Assembly (NCBI GenBank): GCA_029781935.1
Contig: JAKOVT010000470.1
Location: forward strand, 22,247-86,246
DNA: 64,000 nucleotides
Direction: 5' to 3'
DNA from: Actinomycetes bacterium
GTDB lineage: Bacteria > Actinomycetota > Actinomycetes > S36-B12 > CAIYMF01
The position numbers and the translations under genes were made by a program. Positions 38,820 through 48,755 of this stretch are shown piece by piece. Numbering within the stretch: position 1 is the stretch's first letter; each line of letters opens with the position of its first letter. The notes beneath the pieces are model-generated. The model made no database searches and was not told the origin of the DNA. It saw nothing but the letters and a program-made list of their open reading frames with translations.

Positions 38820-39301
38820 GCCTGCGGCCGACGACCTGGAAGCTGCTCGTGGCCCTGGCCGCGATGGCCGCCGCGCTGGGCTGGGCGACAGCCCGGCTGG
38901 TCGACGCGTTCGCCGACCGCAGCCTCTCGGTGCCGATCACGATGCCGGTGGTCATGGCGCTGCTCGCGCTCGCCACCGCGCTGTGGGCACGGGGCACCCG
39001 GGCGCGCCTCGCCGGCCGTCCGGGCACGCGCCCGATGGACCCGCTCGTCGCCGCCCGCAGCGCCGCCTACGCGATGGCCGCCTCGCGCGCGGGCGCCCTG
39101 GTCGCGGGCTTCTACGCCGGCGTCCTCATCGACCTCGTGCCCCGGTTCGACATCCCCGGCGTGCGCGAGCGCGGGATCATCGCGATCGCCACGGTGGTCA
39201 TGGCCGTGCTGCTCGCGCTGGCGGGCCTCTGGCTCGAGCGGATCTGCCGGCTGCCCGAGGACCAGGCGCCCAGCGCGAGCGACGAGGACGAGAGCGTCTA
39301 A
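38816..39301 (+). CDS. DUF3180 membrane protein
   Basis: Downstream of folK; AASRAGALVAG...LWLERICRLP. Confidence 0.85.
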   Translation: MSLRPTTWKLLVALAAMAAALGWATARLVDAFADRSLSVPITMPVVMALLALATALWARGTRARLAGRPGTRPMDPLVAARSAAYAMAASRAGALVAGFYAGVLIDLVPRFDIPGVRERGIIAIATVVMAVLLALAGLWLERICRLPEDQAPSASDEDESV

Positions 39302-39310
39302 GGTTCCGGC

Positions 39311-39598
39311 ATGGCCGACGACACCGTCCTCGAGGACCTGCCCTACGACGAGCTCCGCGACCGCGCCTTCGCCGTGGCCGAGGAGAAGCACGACTACGGC
39401 TTCTTCGTCGACCTGTTCAACCACACCCCGGCGATGCTCGACGCGTCGACCGAGGGCGGCGACCTCGGCGCCATCAGCGGCAGCCTCGTCGAGACCATCC
39501 GCGCCGCGCGCCAGGTGTTCTCCAGCGAGTCCGTCGGCGACCTCGAGCCGCTCTTCCGCGCCCGCTTCGCGACGTACATCCGCGAGAAGAGCGCCTGA
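39311..39598 (+). CDS. Hypothetical protein (95 aa)
   Basis: GC3-rich codons and a natural-looking sequence. Confidence 0.75.
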   Translation: MADDTVLEDLPYDELRDRAFAVAEEKHDYGFFVDLFNHTPAMLDASTEGGDLGAISGSLVETIRAARQVFSSESVGDLEPLFRARFATYIREKSA

Positions 39599-39686
39599 CC
39601 CCCTGAGGGATGTTGCTCGGGTTGTCGGGGTGAACCGTGCCGTTTACCCCACCAGGTCGAGCAGCACGCGGAGCGGTGAGGGCCGG

Positions 39687-41105
39687 TCAGCTGGCGTGGG
39701 CGCCGCGGCCGGTCGGGGCGCTCGGGGTGCCCGGCGGCGTACGCCGGAAGCGCGCCATCGACCGGACCCCGCCCAGCGGCGACTCCTCGAGCGCGACGCT
39801 GCCCCCGCCGGCCCGCGCCAGCGACGCGACCACGGCCAGGCCCAGGCCGCTGCCGCTGCCGTCCTGAGACCCGCGCCAGAACCGGTCGAACGCCCGCTCG
39901 CGGTCCTCGGCCGGGAGGCCCGGCCCGCTGTCGTCGACCGTGAGCACGACGCTGCCCTGGTCGCCGCGCACGGCGACCACGATGAGCCCGCCCTCGGGCA
40001 CGGCCTCGAGCGCGTTGTCGAGGTAGTTGTCGACGATCTGCTCCGCCGCGCTGGCGACCGCGTGCGCGACGGCCATCCCCGGGGCGTCGAGGGTGATCGT
40101 GACCGACCGCTCGTCGGCCAGCGGCTGCCAGGCCTCGACGCGGTCGGCCGCGACGCGCGCGATGTCGACGGGCGCCGTCTGCTGCTCGCGGTTGTCGGCG
40201 CGCGCGAGGACGAGCAGCCCGTCGACCAGACGCTGCAGGCGGTCGATCTCGTCGCGCGCGGCGTCGACCTGCTCGACGGCCGGCTCCTCGTCGTCCATGA
40301 GCTCGGCCGCGCGGTCGAGACGCAGGCGCAGCGCGGTCAGGGGAGTGCGCAGCTGGTGCGAGGCGTCGCCCGCGAAGCCGCGCTGCGACTCGACGACCCC
40401 CTGCACCCGGTCGGCCATGGTGTTGAACGCCTCGGCCAGCTCCTCGATCTCGCCGCCACCGCTGACGTCGGCGCGCGCGTCGAGGTCGCCCTCGGCGATC
40501 TGCTCCGCGGCGTCGCGCAGCCGGCGGATCCGCCGGGTGACCGTCGACGCCACCAGCACAGCGATGAGGGCGGCGGTGAGCAGCGTGATGAGCGCGGCGA
40601 TCGTGAGGCCGCGCACGCGCGTGCTCACGGCCGCGTCGATCTCGCTGGAGGGGTAGGTGATCCGGACCGAGCCGAGGACGTCCTTGCCCACGCGTACGGG
40701 GACCGCGGCGTACACGAGCGGCTCGCCGAGGCTCTCCGACGGGCGCTCGCCGGCCGAGGCGTCGCCGGTGAGCGCGTCCTTGATCTCGACCCGGTTGAGA
40801 TAGTTCTCGCCGGTGCGGCCCTCTGACGACGCGATGGCCACGCCCTGCTTGTCGGTGACCACGACGCGGCCGCCGGTGCGCTTGGCGTAGGTGTCGACGC
40901 GCAGCGTCAGCGCCGGGTCGGGCTTGGGAGCGGGCGCGGAGAGCGGCTCGATGGCCCAGCCGGCGAGGATGAACGCGTCGCGCTGCAGGCTGGTCTTGAT
41001 GCTCTCGCGCTCGACCGAGCGCAGGTACGACGCGAGCGGGACGTTCTGGATGAGCAGGACGAGCGCGGTGAAGCCGACCAGGACCGCGACCAGCCGCCAC
41101 CTCAT
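39687..41105 (-). CDS. HAMP-domain sensor histidine kinase
   Basis: Two TM segments, HAMP, DASHQLRTPLT, NYLDNA, DDSGPG, GSGLGL. Confidence 0.95.
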   Translation of the reverse strand: MRWRLVAVLVGFTALVLLIQNVPLASYLRSVERESIKTSLQRDAFILAGWAIEPLSAPAPKPDPALTLRVDTYAKRTGGRVVVTDKQGVAIASSEGRTGENYLNRVEIKDALTGDASAGERPSESLGEPLVYAAVPVRVGKDVLGSVRITYPSSEIDAAVSTRVRGLTIAALITLLTAALIAVLVASTVTRRIRRLRDAAEQIAEGDLDARADVSGGGEIEELAEAFNTMADRVQGVVESQRGFAGDASHQLRTPLTALRLRLDRAAELMDDEEPAVEQVDAARDEIDRLQRLVDGLLVLARADNREQQTAPVDIARVAADRVEAWQPLADERSVTITLDAPGMAVAHAVASAAEQIVDNYLDNALEAVPEGGLIVVAVRGDQGSVVLTVDDSGPGLPAEDRERAFDRFWRGSQDGSGSGLGLAVVASLARAGGGSVALEESPLGGVRSMARFRRTPPGTPSAPTGRGAHAS

Positions 41106-41782
41106 CGTTCGGGCGACCCGAGCCTGAAGCCGACGCCGCGGACCGCCTCGACCCACGCGGGGTCGCCGAGCTTCTTGCGGATGGCGGCGACGTGCGCGTC
41201 GACGGTCTTCGTGGCGCCGTACCAGTGGCCGTCCCACACGTGCTCGAGGATCTCGGTGCGCCGGCGTACCGCGCCCGGGTCCTCGGCGAGGTAGGCGAGG
41301 ACGTCGAACTCCTTGGCGGTGAGCGCGATCTCCTCGTCGTCGACGTGCACGCGCTGCGTGCGCCGGTCGATGGTGAGCCGGCCGAGCTCCTGCACGCCGG
41401 TCGCCGCGGGTGCGGTCGGCGTGGCCACCCGGCGCAGCACGGCGCGGATGCGGGCCGCGAGCTCGCGCATGCCGAACGGCTTCACGAGGTAGTCGTCGGC
41501 GCCGAGCTCGAGGGCGATGACGCGGTCGGCCTCGTCGCCGCGGGCGCTGACCACGATGACGGGGACCTCGCTCGTGCTGCGGATCCTGCGGCAGACCTCC
41601 TGGCCGTCCATGTCGGGGAGGCCGAGGTCGAGGAGGACGACGTCGGGAGGCTCGGGCGAGGCGACGGCGGTGAGGGCGGCGCCCCCGGTGGCGACGTGCT
41701 CGACGTCGAAGCCCTGGGCCCGCAGGCCGTCGAGCGACGAGGCGGCCACGGCCGCGTCGTCCTCCACCATGAGGATGCGCAC
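41102..41782 (-). CDS. OmpR-family response regulator
   Basis: VEDD, LLDLGLPDMDG, GADDYLVKPF, wHTH VRGVGFR. Confidence 0.95.
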   Translation of the reverse strand: MRILMVEDDAAVAASSLDGLRAQGFDVEHVATGGAALTAVASPEPPDVVLLDLGLPDMDGQEVCRRIRSTSEVPVIVVSARGDEADRVIALELGADDYLVKPFGMRELAARIRAVLRRVATPTAPAATGVQELGRLTIDRRTQRVHVDDEEIALTAKEFDVLAYLAEDPGAVRRRTEILEHVWDGHWYGATKTVDAHVAAIRKKLGDPAWVEAVRGVGFRLGSPER

Positions 41783-41853
41783 GGGCCCATCATGGCCGCA
41801 CGCGGAGCCCGGGAGCGCCCCGGGACCCGTGTCCTGGGCCGCCGGACGGTGGA

Positions 41854-41873
41854 TCTTCGACGTTCCTTGGACG
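41854..41873. promoter_or_regulatory. Possible OmpR-type direct repeat (TCTTCGACG / CCTTGGACG, 11-bp period)
   Basis: Lies in the divergent region between the response regulator and the secreted protein. Confidence 0.35.
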
Positions 41874-41889
41874 ACCACGGGCACGGAGC

Positions 41890-42393
41890 GTGACGACGTT
41901 GTCCTACCGTGGTGGTGTGAAGAGGACCGGTGGCATCGCCGCGCTCACCGTCGCGGCCGTGCTGGTCGCCGGTGGGACCGCTGCTGCGCTCAACACCAAG
42001 GTCCTCGTCCCGACCGGCCCGACCCCGATCGGCTCGGCCGACACGATCGTGCCGAGCGCGGAGCCCGGGTCGCAGGACGACCCGGTCGACCTCGGCTCGC
42101 CCACCGGCGTCGGCCTGACCCCGGCGCCCGACGACGAGCCGAGCAGCGCCGAGCCCGAGAGCCCGGCCCAGAGCACTCGCGCGGCGAGCACCGGTGGGGG
42201 CGTCGCCTCGACCTCCCGGACGTCGCGGCCGTCGTCCGCCGGCACCTCGACCCGCAGCGCCCGCCCCAGCAGCTCGTCGTCGCGCCCCCGCCCCTCGCAC
42301 AGCGAGAGCGAGAGCGAGGACCACGGCGACGACGGCCATGACGGCAGCCACTCCGGGTCGCCGAAGCCGTCGCCGACCCGCAGCGACGACTGA
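41890..42393 (+). CDS. Secreted or membrane-anchored Ser/Pro-rich protein with an acidic His-containing tail
   Basis: KRTGGIAALTVAAVLVAGG N-terminal hydrophobic helix; low complexity; start may be 41917. Confidence 0.6.
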   Translation: MTTLSYRGGVKRTGGIAALTVAAVLVAGGTAAALNTKVLVPTGPTPIGSADTIVPSAEPGSQDDPVDLGSPTGVGLTPAPDDEPSSAEPESPAQSTRAASTGGGVASTSRTSRPSSAGTSTRSARPSSSSSRPRPSHSESESEDHGDDGHDGSHSGSPKPSPTRSDD

Positions 42394-42510
42394 TCTGCAC
42401 GCTCCGTGACAGGCGTCGACGCTCCGTGATCACCTGAGCGCGCGAGGATCACAGCGCAGCCTCAGGTTCCTCGCCCGGCACCCCCGTACCACCCGGAGAC
42501 CTCTACCCTC

Positions 42511-43239
42511 GTGCCCATGGCCCGTCGCCCCGCCTCCCGCCACGCGCTGCCGCGCGGGCGCCGCGGGCTGCAGGCGGCCAACACCGCGCTGCAGAAGGAC
42601 CTCGCCGCGCTGCGGATGACCCGCTGGAGCGACCAGCTCGAGATGCTGCGTCTCGAGGCGCTCGCCGACAGCCTCACCAGCCACGTGGCGCGCCTGTCGA
42701 CCGACCTCGCCGACGTCCGCCAGGAGCTGCAGGTCGCTCGGACGACTCCGCCGGCGCGCGACCCCTACATCGCCGAGCTCGCCGCGCAGGCGGCCGAGCT
42801 GCGGGCCACCGTGGCCACGCAGGAGGCGCTGCTCGCCGACCTCACCGCCCGCTTCCACGCGCTGATCGCCGAGGTCCACGAGGGCCGCGCCCGCGAGGCC
42901 GCCCAGGCCGAGGCCGCCCGGATCGACGCCGAGCGCGCCGCCGCCGCCGCGCAGGCGGCTGCCGAGGCCGCGGCGGCTGCTGCGGTCCCGGTGCCCGCGC
43001 CGGCGCCGGCGCCGGCCCCGCCCGTGCTGGTCGACCTCGGTTCCGGCCGCCCGCCGGTCACCGGCCCCGAGCCCGTGCCCGACCTCGAGCCGCTGTTCGC
43101 CGCGGCGCTGTCCGTCCCGGCCGGCGAGATCGCACCGCCGCCGTCCCAGGCGCGCCCCGTGGCGTCGCTCAGCGACGGCGGCATCGACGACGAGACCGTG
43201 CGTCGGCTCCGCCTCATCCGCGAGTCCCACGGCGGCTGA
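42511..43239 (+). CDS. Coiled-coil hypothetical protein with a PA-rich linker
   Basis: Heptad-like Leu/Ala/Glu helix and PAPAPAP linker. Confidence 0.65.
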   Translation: MPMARRPASRHALPRGRRGLQAANTALQKDLAALRMTRWSDQLEMLRLEALADSLTSHVARLSTDLADVRQELQVARTTPPARDPYIAELAAQAAELRATVATQEALLADLTARFHALIAEVHEGRAREAAQAEAARIDAERAAAAAQAAAEAAAAAAVPVPAPAPAPAPPVLVDLGSGRPPVTGPEPVPDLEPLFAAALSVPAGEIAPPPSQARPVASLSDGGIDDETVRRLRLIRESHGG

Positions 43240-43272
43240 GCCTCCGACCTGTCCGCCGTACGAGGAGATCGC

Positions 43273-43626
43273 ATGACCATCACCGGCCTGTTCCGTTCTG
43301 CCGACGAGGTGCGCGAGCTCGCGGACGGTGCGGTGGTCTTCCGCGAGGGCGACGAGGGCCGCGAGATGTTCGGCGTCGTCTCCGGCGCGATCGCGCTGAG
43401 CAAGGGCGGACGACCCGTGGCGACCATCGGGCCGGAGGGCACGTTCGGCGAGCTGTCGATCATCGACCTCGAGCCGCGCAGCCTCACCGCGACGGCCGTC
43501 GGTCCGACGAAGGTCGCGGTCATCAGCGAGCGGACGTTCCTCGCCCTCGTCGGCGAGACGCCGGTGTTCGCGCTGCAGGTGATGCGCTCGCTCGCCGACC
43601 GGCTGCGCGCCCTCGACCCGTCCTGA
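43273..43626 (+). CDS. Stand-alone cyclic-nucleotide-binding domain protein
   Basis: VFREGDEG, GTFGELSII...PRSLTATA. Confidence 0.9.
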   Translation: MTITGLFRSADEVRELADGAVVFREGDEGREMFGVVSGAIALSKGGRPVATIGPEGTFGELSIIDLEPRSLTATAVGPTKVAVISERTFLALVGETPVFALQVMRSLADRLRALDPS

Positions 43627-43629
43627 TCC

Positions 43630-43845
43630 TCAGGTCTCGCTGGCGTCCGACGCGCTGAGCGCCTCCTGCCACACGCGCGACGCCTCGTCCTCGCCGAGCT
43701 GCTGCACGGCGATGTGCCAGAGGTCGTCGAGCTGCGCGGGTCCGGCGTTCGCGACCTCGCGGAGGAACCACGCGCGCGAGTGCAGCGGCGGCAGGTGGCC
43801 GCCCTCGTCGGCCCAGTGCTCGCCCTCGGGGAGTCCCTCGGTCAT
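43630..43845 (-). CDS. Hypothetical protein (71 aa)
   Basis: AGGAGG RBS; MTEGLPEGEHWADEGG... Confidence 0.6.
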   Translation of the reverse strand: MTEGLPEGEHWADEGGHLPPLHSRAWFLREVANAGPAQLDDLWHIAVQQLGEDEASRVWQEALSASDASET

Positions 43846-43910
43846 GGCGCACCTCCTGGCTCGGTGCAGCCACGGTACGTCGGCGTACGCCGTGCGACCA
43901 GGGCGCGCGG

Positions 43911-45068
43911 TCAGCGGTCGATGTCGCCGACGACGTAGAACAGCGACGCGAGGACGGTGACGACGTCCTCGAGGCGTGCGCCGCGCAGGATCTCGCCGAG
44001 GACGGCGACGTTGTTGAACGACGCGCTGCGCACCTTGAGGCGGTACGGCGTCTTCTCCCCGCGCGACACCAGCAGGTAGCCGTTGATGCCGCTGGGGTTC
44101 TCGGTCCAGACGTAGGTGTGGCCCTCGGGCGCCTTGAGCACCTTGGGCAGCCGGACGTGGATGGGACCGGGCTCGATCGTGCGCAGCGCATCGGCGCACG
44201 CGTCGACGAGGTCGAGCGAGACGCGCACCTGCGCGAGCAGCACCTCGACCCGCGCGAGCGCGTCGCCCTCGGTGCGTGTCGGCACCTGCAGGACGTCGGC
44301 GAGGTCGGCGTACGCGAGGTAGGGCTCGTCGCGGCGCAGGTCGAGGTCGAGGCCCGACGCGCGGGCGACCGGTCCGGAGACGCCGTACTGCTCGGCCGTC
44401 GCGCGGTCGAGCACGCCGATGCCGCGGGTGCGTGCGACGAAAGCGGGATCGACCACGAGGTCGTCGAACGGCGCCAGCCCGTCGCGCACGACGGCAGTGG
44501 TGGTGGTGACGCGGTCGAGCCAGCCCTGCGGCAGGTCCTGCTTGAGGCCGCCGACCTGCGTGGCCATGAAGTGCATGCGCCCGCCGGTCATCTCCTCCAT
44601 GACGCGCAGCACGGCCTCGCGCTCGTCGAAGGCGTAGTACGCCGTCGGAGCGCCCTCGACCGGGAACGAGCCGAGGAACGCGAGGTGCGACAGCACCCGG
44701 TTGAGCTCGGCGAGCAGGGTGCGCGCCCAGGTCGCGCGGGGCGGTACGTCGATGCCCAGCATCCGCTCGACCGCGAGCGCGATCCCGAGCTCGCTGCTGA
44801 ACGCCGACAGCCAGTCGTGCCGGTTCGCGAGCAGCATCGCCTGGCGGTAGTCGCGGACCTCGAAGAGCTTCTCCGCGCCGCGGTGCAGCGCGCCGATCAC
44901 CGGCTCCGCCTCGACGATGCGGTCGCCGTCGAGCTCGAGCCGCAGCCGCAGCAGCCCGTGCGAGCTCGGGTGCTGCGGGCCGAGGTCGCCGACGAGCACC
45001 TCGCTGCCGTCGGACGCGGTCATGGCACGCGCCATCGACCCGATCCCGATCAGCACCGACCTCGTCAC
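43911..45068 (-). CDS. nuoD: Stand-alone NADH-quinone oxidoreductase subunit D-like protein
   Basis: [51 protein letters not shown]. Confidence 0.88.
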   Translation of the reverse strand: MTRSVLIGIGSMARAMTASDGSEVLVGDLGPQHPSSHGLLRLRLELDGDRIVEAEPVIGALHRGAEKLFEVRDYRQAMLLANRHDWLSAFSSELGIALAVERMLGIDVPPRATWARTLLAELNRVLSHLAFLGSFPVEGAPTAYYAFDEREAVLRVMEEMTGGRMHFMATQVGGLKQDLPQGWLDRVTTTTAVVRDGLAPFDDLVVDPAFVARTRGIGVLDRATAEQYGVSGPVARASGLDLDLRRDEPYLAYADLADVLQVPTRTEGDALARVEVLLAQVRVSLDLVDACADALRTIEPGPIHVRLPKVLKAPEGHTYVWTENPSGINGYLLVSRGEKTPYRLKVRSASFNNVAVLGEILRGARLEDVVTVLASLFYVVGDIDR

Positions 45069-45174
45069 GCCCGCATCGTCGCAGACCCATCGCCGGCACC
45101 GAGGCACGTGGGGCGCCCAGGAGGCGAGGGCATTCACGGTGGTCGTCGCCCGGGCTGCCCGACATCCTGGGTGG

Positions 45175-45591
45175 GTGGACGGAGGAGGGATCGCCGACGG
45201 CGGCACGGTCGCGGACGGCGCTGCGGCGGTCGCGCTCGTGCAGGCGGTGCTCGACCCGGTGCTCGCGGCGTACGGCTTCGCGGCGGGCCAGTGCTCGTGG
45301 GGCGACGGGCGGATGGTCGCGACCCTGGAGAACCCGCACCCCTACGACGGAATGGTCATCTTCTGCCGGCCGGTCTTCGACGGGTCGCCGGGCTGCAACG
45401 ACGTCGTCGTCTCGCTGCGCGCGGTGCCGACGTGGCACGTGCAGACGGTGCGCGACGACGACCCGCGCGAGCACTGGGCGATCGACTACGACGACGACGT
45501 CGCGCTGCCCGACCGCCTGGCCGAGGTCGTCGCCGAGATCCGCGCGCGGGTGCGCGCGCCGGGCCCGGCCCTGCCCGACCCTGCGTCGTAG
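45175..45591 (+). CDS. Hypothetical protein
   Basis: GC3-rich frame ([16 protein letters not shown]...); start uncertain. Confidence 0.55.
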   Translation: MDGGGIADGGTVADGAAAVALVQAVLDPVLAAYGFAAGQCSWGDGRMVATLENPHPYDGMVIFCRPVFDGSPGCNDVVVSLRAVPTWHVQTVRDDDPREHWAIDYDDDVALPDRLAEVVAEIRARVRAPGPALPDPAS

Positions 45592-45800
45592 GCGACTCCT
45601 CGGTCGCGCTGACGACCGGACTCGTCCGAGCGCGAGCTCGCTGGATCGTGAGCCCTCGACGACGCCAGTCGTGGTGTGGTCGGGTGCCCGTGGCGAAGCG
45701 GTGGTGGTGACGCGGCGATCGCTTCAGAACGGTTGCGCCGCAAGCGTTTTCATCGTTCAGAGCCTTGCGCAACAGAATACGACAGGTGTACGATCGCTCT

Positions 45801-47228
45801 ATGCATCGACGTCCCGCTGGTTCGCTCGTGGAGTGCCGTGCGCGGCACCTGCGGGTGCCGCGCCGCGTCGTCGTGCTCGAGGGCTACGACCACGCGAACG
45901 GGTGGGTGTCGGCGCGGGCGCGGCTGCACGCGGCGATGGCGGTCGAGCCGTCGGACGCCACGATCGCGGGGCTGGTCGCGGACCTGGTGGCGATCGACCC
46001 GGAGGTCCTCGGCCGCGAGGACCGGTTGCTGCGGCTGCGCCTGGCCGACCGGGTGTCGGCCTACGCGCAGGCCGCCGCCGCTCGCGCGCTGGCCGACTAC
46101 GTGGGCCCCGAGACGGGCGACCTGCACGAGGAGCTGCACCGGCGGCTGGAGGTGCGGATCGCGCGCGGCTCGTCGGACTCCGCGGCCGCGGGCGACATCG
46201 CGTCGGCGCGGATGCTGGCTGACGTCGCCGCACCGGTGCGTCACCTGTGGTCGCGGGGGCTGGTGTCCTACCGCCACGTCGTCGCGGTCCTGGACCGCAC
46301 CGCGGGCATCGACCCCGCGATCGCGGCGCTCGCGGTCGAGGCCGTCGCGCCGCGGCTGCACCGGATGCCCTCGACCCGGGTCCGCTCCGAGGTCACCCGC
46401 GCGATCGCCCGGATCGATCCCGAGGCGTCGGCGGTCAAGGCCCGCGACGCGCGCCGGCACAGCATCGGGGTCGCGTTCCGGTCCCTGCCCGACGGGCTCG
46501 GCGAGGTCGTCGCGACCCTCCCCGTGGAGGAGGCCCGCGCCGTCGTCGAGCGCGTCGACTCCGCGGCCGATGCGTTCCTCGACCACCAGCGCGGCTGCGA
46601 CCCATGCACCGACGCCGTCCCGGCCGAGATCGGCCCGGCCCGCGCGCAGGTGTTCCTCGAAGCCTTCGGCGTCCGCGGCAGCGACGCCGCGCAGCAGGAC
46701 GCGACCGGGTCCCCGGGCCGCGCCAGCCGTCGACGTGGCGAGCTGCAGGTCGTGATCGACCTCTCGACCCTGCTCGGCCTGGCCGACAACCCCGCCATGA
46801 TCGGCAACCAGCCCATCCCCGCCGACATCGCCCGCGAGCTCGCCAGCAGCTGCGGGTCGCTGCGCCGCATCGTCACCGACCCCGTCGACGGGCACCTGCT
46901 CGACTACGGCACCCGCACCTACCTCCCCGCACCGCTGAAGACCTTCAGCGCCGCCCGCGACGGGACCTGTCGATCACCTGGGTGCGGACAACCCGCCCAC
47001 CGCTGCCAGCTCGACCACACCATCCCGTTCCCTGTCGGGCCGAGCAGTGCTGCCAACGCGCGCATGCTCTGCAAACGCGACCACGACCACAAGACGCGTG
47101 GCGTCATCACCATGCGCGCCGACACCCCCGACGGCTCGACCACCTGGCGCACCCGTCACGGCCAGACCGGCATCACCCCGCCACGCCCCTACCTCAACGA
47201 CCCTGCGGACGACGCCCCACCGTTCTGA
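45801..47228 (+). CDS. DUF222 / HNH endonuclease (13E12-repeat family)
   Basis: IDLSTLLGL...LRRIVTDP.DG.LLDYG, RDGTCRSPGC, DHTIPF, N..MLCKRDHDHKT; start uncertain. Confidence 0.88.
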   Translation: MHRRPAGSLVECRARHLRVPRRVVVLEGYDHANGWVSARARLHAAMAVEPSDATIAGLVADLVAIDPEVLGREDRLLRLRLADRVSAYAQAAAARALADYVGPETGDLHEELHRRLEVRIARGSSDSAAAGDIASARMLADVAAPVRHLWSRGLVSYRHVVAVLDRTAGIDPAIAALAVEAVAPRLHRMPSTRVRSEVTRAIARIDPEASAVKARDARRHSIGVAFRSLPDGLGEVVATLPVEEARAVVERVDSAADAFLDHQRGCDPCTDAVPAEIGPARAQVFLEAFGVRGSDAAQQDATGSPGRASRRRGELQVVIDLSTLLGLADNPAMIGNQPIPADIARELASSCGSLRRIVTDPVDGHLLDYGTRTYLPAPLKTFSAARDGTCRSPGCGQPAHRCQLDHTIPFPVGPSSAANARMLCKRDHDHKTRGVITMRADTPDGSTTWRTRHGQTGITPPRPYLNDPADDAPPF

Positions 47229-47259
47229 GGCCAGAGTCCCACCCAAGGCTGTCAAGTGC

Positions 47260-47278
47260 GCGAGCGCTATCGGCACTT
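47260..47278 (-). repeat. Outer IR, left copy (GCGAGCGCTATCGGCACTT)
   Basis: Exact reverse complement of 49435-49453; part of an imperfect hairpin at 47254-47278. Confidence 0.9.
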
Positions 47279-47639
47279 AGGCACCAAGCGCGCCCTCGAC
47301 CTGCTCGCGCCATGCTTCGAGAACAGCCTCGAAGTCGCGGCGGGGCATCGCTTGATCGTCGAAGTGATTGACGACTGACCTCGCCACGACCTGGTCGCCA
47401 ACCCGCCAAAGCTCCGTGATGTTGCCGTTGACCAGCATCACCTCGTCGGCGTCATCGCCACTCGCGGCAAGGGTGCTGAGACAGCGGTCGACCCAGTAGG
47501 TGGACGGGTTACGCCCGTCAGAACCCCTTGGAGCGCGGCTCGTGACCGCGTCGAGAAGTGCCTCGGTCATGGACTTCCACTCCGGACCAAGATCGAGGTC
47601 GATGACACCGTCGGGCCGCGTCGTAAACCGGGGAATCAC
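47277..47639 (-). CDS. Left cassette hypothetical protein (120 aa)
   Basis: GGAGG RBS, GTG 47639, TAA stop overlapping the outer IR; atypical codon usage. Confidence 0.7.
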   Translation of the reverse strand: MIPRFTTRPDGVIDLDLGPEWKSMTEALLDAVTSRAPRGSDGRNPSTYWVDRCLSTLAASGDDADEVMLVNGNITELWRVGDQVVARSVVNHFDDQAMPRRDFEAVLEAWREQVEGALGA

Positions 47640-47666
47640 GCAGCCATCCTCCCGAAAGAACGATGC

Positions 47667-47689
47667 CGAATGCCGGTTCTTTCTCGGTT
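47667..47689 (-). repeat. Inner IR, left copy (CGAATGCCGGTTCTTTCTCGGTT)
   Basis: Exact reverse complement of 48691-48713. Confidence 0.92.
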
Positions 47690-47762
47690 CGCCTACCTCT
47701 GGACGGGTGCAACTCCTGGCCGGACGTTGGGGCTTCCTGCCCTTCCCGTTCGGAGGCCTGCC

Positions 47763-48671
47763 ATGCCCAACTCCACTGTCGTGATCCCTGAGCCCCTCCC
47801 GCCCCTCGGTGATGTCCACCTTGCAGCGGCCGGGTTCCTCGCCCGCTACTCCGGGCGCACCCGCGAGGCCTACGCCCTGGACCTGCGGAGCTTCTTTTGC
47901 TGGGCCACCGCCAGAGGCGTGACTGTGTTCGACATGACCCGGCCGCACATCGAGCTCTACGTCCGTTGGATGGAGGAGGAGCGCCGCTACGCCCCAGCCA
48001 CCACCGCGCGGCGACTCTCGACCGTGGCCGGGTTCTACCGGTTTGCCGTCATCGACGGCTACGTGGCCCGGTCGCCGGCCGAGTACGTGCGCAGGCCGCG
48101 CGTCCCGGAGGAGTCTCAGGTCCTGGGCCTGGACCGGATGCAGCTCGGCGCGATGGTCGCCGCGGCCCGCGCCTCCGGGCCCGACGATGCCGCCTTGATC
48201 ACCATGCTGGGCCTGCTCGGGCTGCGGATCTCGGAGGCGTGCAACGTCGACATCGAGGACATGGGAACCGAGCGCGGCCACCGCACACTTCACGTGGTCG
48301 GCAAGGGCAACAAGCCGGCGCTGATCCCACTGCCTGTCCCCGTCGCCCGCACCCTCGACCTCGCCGCGGCCGGACGGGACTTCGGACCGTTGATCCGGAC
48401 CCGAACCGGTCATCGCATGGATCGCAACGCTGCGACCCGCATCGTCAAGCGACTGGCCCGGCGCGTGGGCATCGAGCCCAAGTTCGGGTGCCACGCGCTG
48501 CGGCACGCCTACATCACCGCAGCGCTCGACGCCGGCGTGCCGCTCCGCGACGTCCAGATCGCCGCCCGGCATGCGGATCCGCGGACCACGACCCGCTACG
48601 ACCGTGCCCGCGGCAACCTCGACAGGCACGCCAACTACATCGTCGCTGCCTTCATCGCTGGCGCCGCCTGA
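47763..48671 (+). CDS. Tyrosine-type recombinase/integrase
   Basis: N-terminal SAM-like domain (TREAY..DL...F..W; PATTARRLSTV); catalytic GLRISE, GKGNK, HALRH, RHADPRTT and RYD; GGAGG RBS. Confidence 0.95.
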   Translation: MPNSTVVIPEPLPPLGDVHLAAAGFLARYSGRTREAYALDLRSFFCWATARGVTVFDMTRPHIELYVRWMEEERRYAPATTARRLSTVAGFYRFAVIDGYVARSPAEYVRRPRVPEESQVLGLDRMQLGAMVAAARASGPDDAALITMLGLLGLRISEACNVDIEDMGTERGHRTLHVVGKGNKPALIPLPVPVARTLDLAAAGRDFGPLIRTRTGHRMDRNAATRIVKRLARRVGIEPKFGCHALRHAYITAALDAGVPLRDVQIAARHADPRTTTRYDRARGNLDRHANYIVAAFIAGAA

Positions 48672-48690
48672 CGGGTGAACCGCGCGACAC

Positions 48691-48713
48691 AACCGAGAAA
48701 GAACCGGCATTCG
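48691..48713 (+). repeat. Inner IR, right copy (AACCGAGAAAGAACCGGCATTCG)
   Basis: Exact reverse complement of 47667-47689; 19 nt after the integrase stop. Confidence 0.92.
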
Positions 48714-48755
48714 CGCTCGCACGCGCGACAGAGGTTGATCGGTGGCGTCTTGCCC

